A DNA stretch of 64,000 nt from Stylophora pistillata. Taxonomy: Eukaryota. The stretch's first letter is position 1, and every line of letters starts with the position of its first letter. The translations under genes and the position numbers were made by a program. The stretch covers positions 416,012 through 480,011 of the forward strand of contig NW_019217880.1 of the NCBI RefSeq assembly GCF_002571385.2. The letters run 5' to 3'. The notes under the pieces were generated by a model. It had not been told where the DNA came from. It was given only the letters and a program-made list of their open reading frames with translations, and made no database searches. Below, in pieces: positions 12,431 to 24,700 of the stretch.

Positions 12431-14982
12431 ACCGTTAGTCGTAAAAGGGTCAAAATTGTAACTTGGTGGTCAGTTGATAATCAGTTAGTCTTAATCACTT
12501 TTAATAATGTCCAACTTTTGCTTTCTATTAAAACTTAGGGCAAGAAGTGGTGTGCTTTGTTTGAAAATCGTGACTATTGTCCAGCTCAGTTTCCTCTTCG
12601 AAATCCAAACAAAGCAAATCAAAACAATCAAACTAGAAAAACAGAAAGAAAAGTGCTATCACCTGCTAATGTTGAACTATCTGGCCAATCATCACGTATT
12701 GTAGATGCCAAGCATTACAATGCAGTTTGGTGTTTGATAAGAATTGGCAGTCAATTTAGAATGACCTTCATCTCAAATCGCAGTGACTTGAATTGTCATT
12801 TAGAAAAAGGAAAGTATTTGGTAATGCCTAAATCCGAAATAAGGAACCTCAAAAATAAAAAATTATTGCAAAGCCTTAGCATTTTAACAAAGCCCCCGTA
12901 TTTTGTTTGGGCTTTCTACCCCCGGCCTGAAATCGGCTTACGTAGTCACGCAGAAAGGTGGAGTTTTTAAATCCGTCCGGAGAGGAAAGAATTGATGATA
13001 AAGGCGGAACTTAACAAGAACTCTAAAGTCACGTTCTTTCGTAGAAATTGTTAAAACGAGTTGCAATTTCTCCTCCTCATAAAGGTTTAATGATAACAAT
13101 CTTCATCTCGACGAAAGTAGGATTAACCGAATATATAATCGTATTTGTGTGTACTGTCGCGCACTATCTTTCTCTATGCAAGTAGATTTATTTTGTCTCT
13201 AAATTACATCTTACTCCCCTTTACTTCATATTTATTTAGTATTACATCCAAGTGCAGGTATCTGACCATATCAAGCTGAAATCCATCTTATTTTTACTGG
13301 AAGCAGCGTTACTAAAGTATTGATGTGAAATGTGTTTGTGCCATGATTAAATAAGACGACGAACAATGGTGAAACATTTTTGTGGACACAAATCATTATA
13401 AAATTTTTCGTTTGAAAATTAATTTTGGCTTATTCGATACACAACGTGCTTAACTTCGTGGCATTTTATCGGCTTATCTTTTAAAGATAGTTGACAGGAA
13501 TCGAGCCATTAAAATTAATGTACCCCCATGTACCCCCGTGAAGTCTTCAACGTGCGAATTTTCCTCTCTTGCCTTCCCATCAGGTCTCTGTTTTAGTTGT
13601 TCCCTTACTATGATTACCATGTCAGTATTAGAAGAGGATGTCCCAGTTTTGACTTAAGACTGATAACTCTAATTCATTCTTTGCCAATTCCTATCATGCT
13701 CTTGATCTTCGTTGACGACATCAAAAGTTGCTTTCTGATACGTGACAGTTTTTTTCAGTTCATTGTTAAAAGATAAGATATAATCATTTGTCCTCAATCT
13801 ACTAAAAGATTTCACGAGACCTTAGGGGCACTTAAAATTTGGCAACTCCAAGAGGTATTTCACATCAGTTATGAAGGTATACGCGTTATCTGTCCCAAAT
13901 GGAATGTAAGGAGTCAAAGCCAGTTATTTTTATTTAACCAGCCTGATGGAGTTTCTAACGAAACCATCAAATTTTGTCTGAATCACGTATGGTTCGCCCA
14001 TTGCAAGTTCGCCCCAACTGCCTTGCAAGTTCGCTTCCTAACGTAAAACAAAATCTTTCGACTCGTTTTCTCAACACAGAAGGTATTCATCTCCTGTTGA
14101 AATCATGATCTGTTTTCGGGCCAACATCCAGTTTCAAAGCGAAAACCAGAACAAACTCAAGCACGACTAATGCACGAGTACTGGGGGTTGGATGCAGCCA
14201 CATGAAAACTGTGCTTGGGTCGTGTCAGAAATGTGATCCTTATTAGGGTGAGGCACACCTCTTTCTATAACAGCCCCATAAATTAGTTTAGGCAGCGAAC
14301 GAAAAGACGTGTGACCACACAGTCAATTCAAAGCTTAAAATAATTTAAGACTTTACTCATTACGTCTGTGGATGAAGGTAACAAAAGCAAAAGCATTTAT
14401 AACCTTAAAAACCCTCAAATAATCTTTCGCCACAATTTCAATCACCTAATGTCCATTGGAGAACAAGGACTCATCAGTTACATGTATAATGAATCAATGA
14501 ATTATCGTCCGCGCCTTTCCAAACACCAAGACACAAGTTTAGAATCGTATCATCGCCAAAAGCCTGCTGAGGTAAGCACCCAGGATTTAAGCTGGTAGTT
14601 TCCATGCATCCTTTGATTTGTTGACCATTAATAGACATTTTAGTATAAATGGGTTCTTTGTATTCCAAATGTGCCGTCTCTTTACCTTAAAAAGGATGGT
14701 ATTCTCGCATTTGGCAACCCCCGAACTCCCCTCAGCGATAATGTTACTTACTAATCTGTTACTCTTTCAGGCTCGTCAATTTCAATAGTTTGTATTTTCC
14801 TCCGTGATTGTGAGTAGAGGGGTAACAACTGTCATCTTCAAAGATCAGAACTAGTCAGTGAACGAATCATTTTATAAACCTGCCACAAACACCCATCATT
14901 ATATACGAGGATAGCCGCGGCGAGCTTGTCTCGGTTTGTAGGGTAATAGTAGTAGAAACTTTCTTATCTGCTCTTCGTGTCG

Positions 14983-15110
14983 TAAGGTAAAGTCTGTTTA
15001 CGAGCCAGTGGCCCATCAGGCTGGTGCTTAACTCCGGTTTCTGTAGCATGAAGCGACTAGGAGTATTTCTACTCCACCCTGGAAGGGAAGCTAGTCCATC
15101 GCAGGGTTAG
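14983..15110. repeat. SINE-like dispersed repeat fragment
   Basis: AAGGTAAAG..CTGTTTACGAGCC.AGTGGCCCAT.AGGC.GGTGCTTAACTCCGGTTTCTG recurs at about 57743-57807. Confidence 0.65.
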
Positions 15111-18100
15111 CTTAGTATGACCAATGGGTCTGATTACTTGAGCTTTTACGTGAACATTTTATGGTACAGGCAGCCCCAAAAATAAAAACGGCTTTCATTT
15201 AATTAATCCCAGTTCGAACAATTGAAATAGGCCGACGCAAGTAGTAAGAGAAGAGATGCTAGCAAAAGATGAGCACGTTGTGAGCAATGGGATTGACCCC
15301 GGGTACAATTGTCTTACATACATAAAGCATTGATCGGTCGGTGGAACTCACAAACCCTAGATTGCTACGCGTTGATTGTAAGAGGAAGTTGGGGTAGAGG
15401 TGTATATTTTCCACCAGGGGATGTAAACGTGCTTAGGAACGTTTTCTGGAATATCTCCATTTAGGAGGAAATTTTTAACCAAACTGCCAAAATGCCAGTA
15501 GTATGTTGTTAAAGATGGTGTGGGAGAAACTCAATAAAACCACGGACACTTCCTCTTCGCCGTCAAAACATGACATTATGTGATTTTGGGTTGCTCAAGA
15601 AGTAGACACGTGTCCGAAACTCCAACATTCTCCGTGTTCTGAAAAGTTGTTGTCGCTATTGTTTTTGGTTTTATCATATTTTTCTTCCGCCAGAAAAACA
15701 ACAAACTAAATTTCCTGTGCTCTCTATCTTTCTAAGAGTAAAACTACCTCGGCCTAAATGAAACAGGCCACTTCAAGGGAAGGAAACAATTTGCGTGTTT
15801 AAGCTTGAAAAAAGTCAAGTGTTTAGTGCTCACAAATACACTGTTGCTCGGCAACAAAATGCTTCTCACCCTTAAATCGATAACTTTTCAAAAGAAGCAT
15901 CCCTCAAGAACCATCACTCGCTAACAATGGTTTGTTGTTGAACCATGGAACCTCTTTCCGCGAAAATGCCATCGGAGCGGCAATTAGTAAACTAACTTTA
16001 TTTTGATGATATTTCGAGCCACGTCACGAAATTTCAAAGTCGTTTATACGAAAAGTGTATGAGCAAATACCTCGCTAACAAGCTTTTATAGTTAATCAAG
16101 TTCCCTAATTACGCTTTCTATTGGAAAACCTTCTTCAGTGAACTCCATCACAGTCTCATGACAAAAAAAAATGTTAAAATTAGAAACTGATAAAGCTGTT
16201 CGTGAACGTTAAGAATAAGTTTGGCACTGCCAAAAGAAATGCATCAATACTTCACAAGCTAATTAGAGCTCTTTGGCGCCTTGAGTACTCAAAATTAATG
16301 ATGATAAATATTATTTCGCATGGCTGTAAGCTAAGGTCAGACAAGTAATTTTTAAGTGCATTGTATTTCTTGCCAAAACAAGTGAATCGCGACTTTATGA
16401 TATCGAAGAACATATTCTCCCTACTGACACTCTCATTGCAAATTCCTCTCGAGCGTTTACGGTAGAATGATTCAGTGGAGAAAATCAATTATCTTGTCCA
16501 ACAACTTTTATTTGATATTCTTCACCTTACAGCGTGTTTCTGTGGATATTTCCCATAATGACAATTTGCAAGCTCGCAATCCTATAATTTAAGATTTTTG
16601 GGAACCACTTTCGGAAAAAAATCGCTCAAGACTGCTCTAGATAGTAATTAATGAAATTAGACATTTTATGGCTTCTGAGAAAAATTCATAGATTTAACTT
16701 CCAGAATTTTTGCTGCATATTATTACGACGGAAAAGAAAACCTACAGCCAATACATATTTCTGAGTTTCTACAACCCAGTGTGCATAGAATTGCAGAAGC
16801 TAGCAGTTAAATGGATATAATACTAGTGCTTTAAGTGATGTATGAAATCTTTCCCTTCGATAACGTTTTGCCAAGCGTAATTCTACACATTGTGACTACA
16901 TCTGTTCTTTCCAGTCACTTTGTCTTCGTCGGCAAATTCTGCTGCTCAGATATTTACTCGTTTATGTGAAAACCTGATACCAAATATACTTTCTGTAATG
17001 AAACCAATCGGGGAATCCTTCTTGTGCATGAGTCTGCAAAATATCGACATGTAACTGATCCTCCAAGTATTCAAATGGTGTTGCATTTCAGCACAGTTCA
17101 CACCTCATGAGGAAAAGCAGTTTTTTTGGCATTCGTGTCTCCTTGTGCAACATGGCGTCGCATGCGGTTGTAGTTCCTAATATTTTTTATTAAATTCGTA
17201 GAATTCTCTACTCTATATATAGTCCATGAGAAACACCAAACCAAGCTACAGTCTGTTACCACTTTGTAGGAATGCTTGCACGAATCAAATTTTTCTCTCC
17301 AGTTACCTCAGTCATGTATATGTGCGAGGTTTGGTTAAAGGCAAAGCCGCCGTGACCTTTTGTTTGTAAGTTGTATTTCCGTGAGTAAACGAATATTGCA
17401 TTCAAGGAAAAGAAAGAGACCTGTGTGTATTCAGTGTGTCGCATCCGATGAATATAACGGAAAACAACAGTAGAAGTCGGGCAATTTCTTCGTCAATATC
17501 AATTTTTGATCAATATCAACATGTGTTATAATTATATCCTTGAGCCTTTGTTTTCTGCTTTAGTTTCAAAGGAACTGTGTTACCCTCATTGCCATCCACC
17601 CACTATTAAAAAGTTTTGGATTAAAATATTTTCACTTTCTTTCCTCTGGTTAAATTGTATGCTGCCTTACTAAATCTATTTTTTAAATCCCCTTTAATTC
17701 ATCGTCCATTCTAATATCAAATTATCATCATTGTTATTTGTTATTAGTTGTAATATTAATAATATTATTGTCTGTTATTGTCAGTTGTTTTAGTTTCTCT
17801 AAACATTCGACGAATATATTTTCATTTAGATTGTGTGTCAGCTGGTAAGATGTTGTTTATTTTACAGCGACATTACGTGTCTGATCTTTTTTATTTCCGA
17901 TTTTCCTTTTTATTCTCCCTTTTTTCAATTTAAGATTTATGTAGAAAAAAATGACGATAATTGTTTTATATGTATGTAATGTGAAAAAGGCCTTCAAACA
18001 AGAATATGCCGGTATGTAGCATCTGGATTAAATAAAGCTTTACATCATAGTATTACTTATCCTAAGAATGATCTTTATTTAGCAATAATTTCCATAAAAT

Positions 18101-18148
18101 CCTCTACAATAAAAAATATTAACAGCGTAAAAAACGATCCAAAATAAC

Positions 18149-18420
18149 TGATTGAAATTTAGCTGTTCAGCTCCTGCACTGTTTCTTTTCTGGATCAAAA
18201 GCATGAACCATGGAACCACCCCACTGAATTGAAAGTATTACTTATCCTTGTTGTTATTATCAATATTATTATCATTATTATTATTATTATAACAGTTTTT
18301 ACTAATTTTATTTCTATTATTATCACTTTTAATATTTCAATTCGGTGGGGTGGTTCCATGGTTCATGCTTTTGATCCAGAAACGAAACAGTGCAGGAGCT
18401 GAACAGCTAAATTTCAATCA
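18149..18420. repeat. Long near-perfect inverted repeat: 86-bp arms with a 100-bp AT-rich spacer
   Basis: 18149-18234 is the reverse complement of 18335-18420 with 2 mismatches; the spacer contains an (ATT)n run. Confidence 0.9.
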
Positions 18421-18487
18421 TCAGACCCTAAACTCAGCCTACAACTTGAATCAAACAATGTTGTAACTAATTTCAGGCATAACACTC

Positions 18488-18731
18488 TGGGCCGGGTTGT
18501 TCAAAGCTGTGTTAAGATAACCCAGGGTTAGTGTGAAATTTGATTTCAGATCTGAAAGCTCTGAAAGAAAATTCAGCTTAATTCCATTTGTCTACAATTT
18601 GATGATTGAATGTCCTAAAAAGAACTAGGAAAATTATCCCAAAATGGCTTTTGATTAGAGAAATTTAGAAACCTGGATTAAAATTTAACCCTGGGTTAGA
18701 GCTAATCGGCCTTTGAACAACTGAGCCCTGG
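18488..18731. mobile_element. MITE of the GGCCCRGTTGTTCAAAG-TIR family
   Basis: GGGCCGGGTTGTTCAAAG ... CTTTGAACAACTGAGCCC; the internal sequence matches, in opposite orientation, the copies at 45942-46720. Confidence 0.8.
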
Positions 18732-21700
18732 GCCCTGGTGACTAACACTCTGGTGAGACATTCTTCACCTATAACCCCTGAGGTGAGCGCTTAATAACTT
18801 CTCTTTGCGCTACCATGTACATTTTTCAGCAAACGGGCTATGAGCGTCGTCAATTCAAGCTTCTTAGCAAGCTCTCATTTTGATTGAAAGCCACAATTTC
18901 ACAACGAAATCACAAAGAAACGTGCTTTAGATGTGAAACTTGGTGTAAGAGATAGAAAGGGAAATTACCAGTCAGATCTTCTAAGCTACAGGTTTAACAT
19001 TCTAATTTACATTGTCTGATGTAAAGTCGATAAGAAAACTTCTTGGAAGACGAACTTATCAACAAGGCTGAGCTGTTGCAATTGCAAATCAACATACTGC
19101 GAATAACATTTGTCTATAGGCGACTTCTCAATTCTCTAAGTTTTCAAAACCCATGCACCCAGTTTTGTTCTGAAACAATTGACTTAAGCACCCTATAATT
19201 ACCCAATGAGCACAGCTTTGACTTTCCTCTGCGAAAGCGCTTCTTTAAAACTTCTTGGGGTGCAAGAGTGTAATGATAGACCAATGGTTCATTTTCTCTA
19301 AATTTGAGCAGAGTTATTATGAGCTGCTATCTGAAAACAGCAACGTATCGACTATGTTGGGCAATGTTACAAAATTTTGAACGCTGCTGTTTCGAAAGTG
19401 GACGCAAATAAAAATAACTTAAGATGGAGTTTACTTCACACAAGAATAGGAGACATACGTAGCCCTATGGAAGGTCACTGAAAATTAAAGCTTTGCAAAG
19501 GCTGAGGAAGTCATGAAATACCGGTCTGGACATGATCGAAATTGCCCCAAGTAATCAATTCAACCTGAATCTGGACACCAAGACCAAAGAGGGCAAAAAC
19601 TAGAAAATTTAAGTCTCCTCTGTTCCAGACATCATCATGAAAGGGTAGTTTTTGATATGGATTAATCGCTGTTTGATTTTGCAAAGCGAATATTTTCCAT
19701 TTCCATGCTGCGCCTGAGTGATAGCCTGAATAGGTGTTGTCGCTTGTACCCTGCTGGACGTTTCCTAGATGATAGGGGTCTTCTAGCCGCCTACCTATTT
19801 TGCAAAAATAACTAAAATCAAGCCGTAAGGAATGCTTAATTCCGACAAGTATTCTAAGAGCGTGACTTTGTCATCGAATACAAGATATTGTCAGACGTTT
19901 TCTTCAGAGGGAAGAAGAGTTGACGGTGAATTCAACCACATCAGCAACCTGCCCTCTTCTATACCCAATGTAATGGATTTACAAATAACCTGGCTGCAAA
20001 GCAAATAGACTATAGAGAGTTTCAACAACCTGTGCTTGCGAAGCAACTGAAGAAGTATGCTATTCACTAAGATAAAATCGGAATAACCGACTTCAAGTAA
20101 ATATAAATATTAAATAGAAAACAAGGCAAAACAAAATATTCTGTTTTTAATACTGGACTTTTGATTATCAAAGGGAAGCCAAGCTAAGAGGTGCAATCAT
20201 GCCATTCGCTAAAATGCAATGCGAAGGAAATCTTGAATGCTATATTTATATTGTTGAGAAAACTAAGTAAAGAAACATTCGTAGCCACAAAAAAAAATTC
20301 AAAAACACTTCATTGTACTATTTTTGGTGTTAAGAATACGTCATTAGCGCACTTTGCTCGTATTGTTCAGAAAACCTTATTTACAAGAATGTATTACACC
20401 TAATACTACAAATCTAGCACGTTGCTCCCTCTGGGTATATATATATATATATAAAATTGTAACAGTTGTACACCGACCAAAGTTCTTCTTGAATAGCAAT
20501 AGCTGTTGCCAAAAGCAAAGCAAAGAATTCAGAAGCAACTGTGGTACAGAAAATGAATGTGAACCTTGCTGATGTCTTGAACGCGAGAACCAAAACACTT
20601 CAAGATCTATTCACCAGCCAAACGTAGATGCAAGCCATAAGAGCTCGATTTTCTACTCTTGGTAAAGAACCGTATTTCATGCTCAGGAATGTTAACGAAA
20701 ATCCAAGTGGCGCAATTGTGAAAGAACAATTGTCGCATTTTCCGTCATTCCCAGGAGATGCAAGTGATAAGTGCTTAACGACAACAAAAACATAGCAACA
20801 ATTGCGGTTACAAAACAAAACTAAAATAGCCTGGTTCAAGTGGTTAGCTCATTACTAAAAGACGTAATGTGCCCACAACAACGACAAGCTTACAATCGAG
20901 TACAAAGGGAGCGAAACCTATCCCATGATTTAGCCCTTTGGTCTTAAAATAGGCCATCATTTCAAAATCAGAGAGCTGATATAGGAAAAATTGATTTGAG
21001 ATTTAATCTCTTAAGTGGAACGAAATGAGCAGTCGGTGCGACAACAATTCCTAAAAAGGTAACCTGGTAGCGGATGATTTTTGTATCTGTTACGTAATAA
21101 TCTTATCAATTTCTTTACCGAATTTTCAATAGTAATTCCCATCCTTTTCTACAAAAGTTCGCATATTTCAACGAAGTATTAAGCAGAATGCCAATTTTGA
21201 TATTGATAAACAAAAATATAATTCCTTGATCATCCTCTTCCATGCGACCTAAAGGAATCAAGTTATGCCTAGAAAATATTGACACAGTATAACTATCGAC
21301 TGGCGGAAGAGATTCTAGATCTTCAATATTTCTCTCAGGTTTTCTTAACCGCCGTCTAAAATGTTTTATTTGTCAAACACTCAACATTTGGATTAACTTA
21401 TCGTGATTTCATGCTGAAATATTGTTTGGGCGTGAAGTTTTACTTGGTATTGGTCTCTACTGTTCAAATGTGAAATCGGTGTGCTATAGATGCAAAAGAG
21501 TTAAAAATCGCTTCAAGAAACAGTCGGCTGTGTCTGAGTAAATCATTTCCCCGTCATTTCGAATGTAGGGACAATGAAATTCGTTATGTTTTCTACGAAG
21601 TAAACAGTGAAGTCAGCGCTCGTAAATCTTAGAGAGAGGGCGTCTATACCTTTTTTTTCTAGTTCCCATTTCAAAGAGAGGGGTGTTGACTTTTTTGTTT

Positions 21701-24700
21701 TCTTTTTCACTGTCTTTATTCTACAGCTCAGTCTTTGCATAAATGAAAGGAAAATAGTTAATTACACTTATTTGCAGAAGGGTCGGTATCTAGGAAGTCC
21801 AGTTTTTTAGAGAGAAAAATTCCTGAAACGATAAGTATGCGAAACGAAGTGATGATAGGAGATGCCACAAAAACAACAGAATACTAGAAATCATAATGAC
21901 AAAAATAAGTTTCATTCAAACAAACTAATAATCGTATGAACAATGACACCACAGATATGTCTAAAAATTCTCCTCAAAAATTCAACACAAGAAAGAAATT
22001 CTTGCCTAACATTTCAATAAAATAATTGCCAACTAGGAAGAGAAAGCTTAAAATAGTTCGCTAAAAGAGAAATAGCTAGCATCAATCATTTAATATTGAT
22101 ATATTCCTCTTTTTTTTTTTAATGAAAACTCTTCCTTCGTCTTTGTGCTTATCCTTGTTTAATTAGGAAGAAAAGTAGAAAGGAAATCCACTTTATCACT
22201 AAAAGCTTTGGTGCAAAATAATTTTCACAGAAACAACGTGGAATTTTCAGAATTGGTAATTGTGCTAAGAGAAAAAAGGAATAGAAAAAAGAAAGTAGGC
22301 GAAAATCGTCTGAGCCAAAATTCCATTCATTAAAATGTAAACTTCAATGAAAATGAAATTTTCAAGACCTTCTGATCCTTTCTTTTGTTTTTGTTTTCAA
22401 CTGCAAATTAATCTATTCATCATAACTTGAAATACAAAATAAAACCATCCATGTTTGCGTGAAGTGTTTCTTGGATCTACTCTAATACCTCCGGGTTGCG
22501 GTTTCTTCCAAGCTTTATTTATCTCTCCGGGCTACTTAAAACGACTTCCTCTGTGACGGTCAACCTCGCTGATTATGCCTCTTCATTTATAATTTTGTGT
22601 GAAAATACTTGAAGGAAAAACTTATTTAAATAAAAAAAAGTAACGGTGGGTGATAAATGGCCCACCTGTCAGGGAAAGGCCACGGAAAGCTGACTCATCT
22701 AGCAGTGCTTTTGTCGTCGAAAAACTGTTTCAAGTAATTATTGGGAATGAGACAGCGTTATTGATATATTTTTTTATAAACAGGAAGAATTAACGTCAGC
22801 ATTCAAAAGGATCCACGATGTACGATCTTTCTCTAGAGTTTTTGAACAGTAGAAATAATTATATTAAATTATGCTTTTTTTTCACGAAAAAGCAGCTGAG
22901 TCTACTTGACAGGTCAAGCGCTAATTTACGTCAAAATTGAGAACAACGACAAAAGCGGAAAGGAAAAATACGTCTCGATCCGCTTAGCTAGCCACGTTAA
23001 GTTTTCACGTGTTTGGTATTGCTCTCTCGTTCAAGAGTTTTCATAGTTACAGTAAGGGCTAATAAATAGGCAGCGAAAGCTAGTCACCGAGACCGTATGC
23101 AGCATCACCAGTTAGTTCCATAGCAATGAAAGTCTATCCTCATTGTAAATGCAGTGTTTTGTGGCCGGACAAACCTGTCACCATTACTCAGCAAATTACC
23201 TTCGTCACTGCACGCTATAGGCAGAACAGACATTGTGCGATTATGATAACGCAGAATTAAAACAAGTATCGTAATGGTTTGGTGAGAACAATGAGGGATA
23301 ACAATTTCCTGTCTAAAATGTGGCTAGCTCAAGCTAGATTAGGCAGGAAATGGCATATCCGTCAAATTTTTTTCCTAGAAAAAGGCTGCCTTATTGGATG
23401 AATGAATTATCTACCTTATTGTGGTATATAATATAGGAAAGATTATAAGAACAAAAAGTTTGCATAGAACAAATTTACTTTCTATGACTTTTATGAGAGT
23501 TTTACGAGGGGCGTGAACAAAAGCTACAATGCTTTCGAGCACCTCGCATAAACATAATTTAAATATACTGTAGTTGACGTGTTTCAGTTATCAGTAAGTC
23601 GTTAAAATTCTGGTAGCTCGCAATTTTATTCACTAAATTGCTGGAGGCGAATTTCACTCAAACAATTAGGGGGGGCTATCTCTCATCTAAGTGCAAAGCT
23701 CGCTCCGCTCGACCTTGTCGACAAAACAAGATAAAAGTTGGCCACAACACGGCCAAATTTCTCAAGAGACTGGTCGTGGCTGAGAGCCAAGAGATTTCTG
23801 GAATAATGGAGAACACTTGACGCTTTGAAAGTGAAAACAGCTTTGACATTCGCACGCAAAGTAACAAGTTTCGTGCTCGAAACCTGTAAACAGAGATAAT
23901 TAGATCAGTTTACGTACAGAAAGAGCTGCAAATTGGCCTAATGCGTTCGGTGGTTATTACGTCAACGAAACGGGATAACAATGATGGAAATTATGTTTTT
24001 AATACCCAGGAGGCATCATTCAAAATTAATATAATCCCGAGTCATTTTGAAGTGACGGCAAAGAGTAATGTTTAATACGACGGAAAGAACTGAAATTTCT
24101 AGCAGGAAAACAAAGCAGGCTTTCACGTAGATGTATGGCATTGCGTGATGCAAACTCGCTGGGAGGTACACTAAAAGCTCATTCATAATAAAGCCGTAAT
24201 TGGCCCATTCAGGAAATGCATCTGGTGAACTAATCATATAAGTTTATATTAAAGCCTATCACGCCCACGCTTTTCCAAGTGCCACTCGACGCTATCGCGT
24301 CACTAGTGTAGGATAGTTAAAGCACTCCTAATTTTCCCTAACTTTGTACGCAGTAAAAGGCTTACCAAACCGTTTCGTCAATGGTTACTCTCTTGTGTGC
24401 GAATAAAGTGACAAACGCGGCTTAAATCTCCTATGAAAATTTGCCTGTTATGTGACTTCTAGCAGTGACTGGCAATGTTGTATGAATTGTGGTGAGGAAC
24501 CACTCCTTTGATTTCGTTCGCGTGAGCAGCATAAGTAAACAAAAAACAGAGCATGTTTAAATTATTCTCTCCAGCGAGGGCCTACTCTGTGACCGGAAAC
24601 GAGTTACATGATGAGATTGCATGGACATAAATTTTTCAGTTAGATCGACTATAAAACTTTTCCCAAAAAGCCCCAACATAAAATGGCTTGAAGCCGGTGC

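Noticed and set aside
13670-13925. Minus-strand frame of about 80 codons with one stop
   Set aside because: No motif, start or convincing splice sites; compatible with chance.
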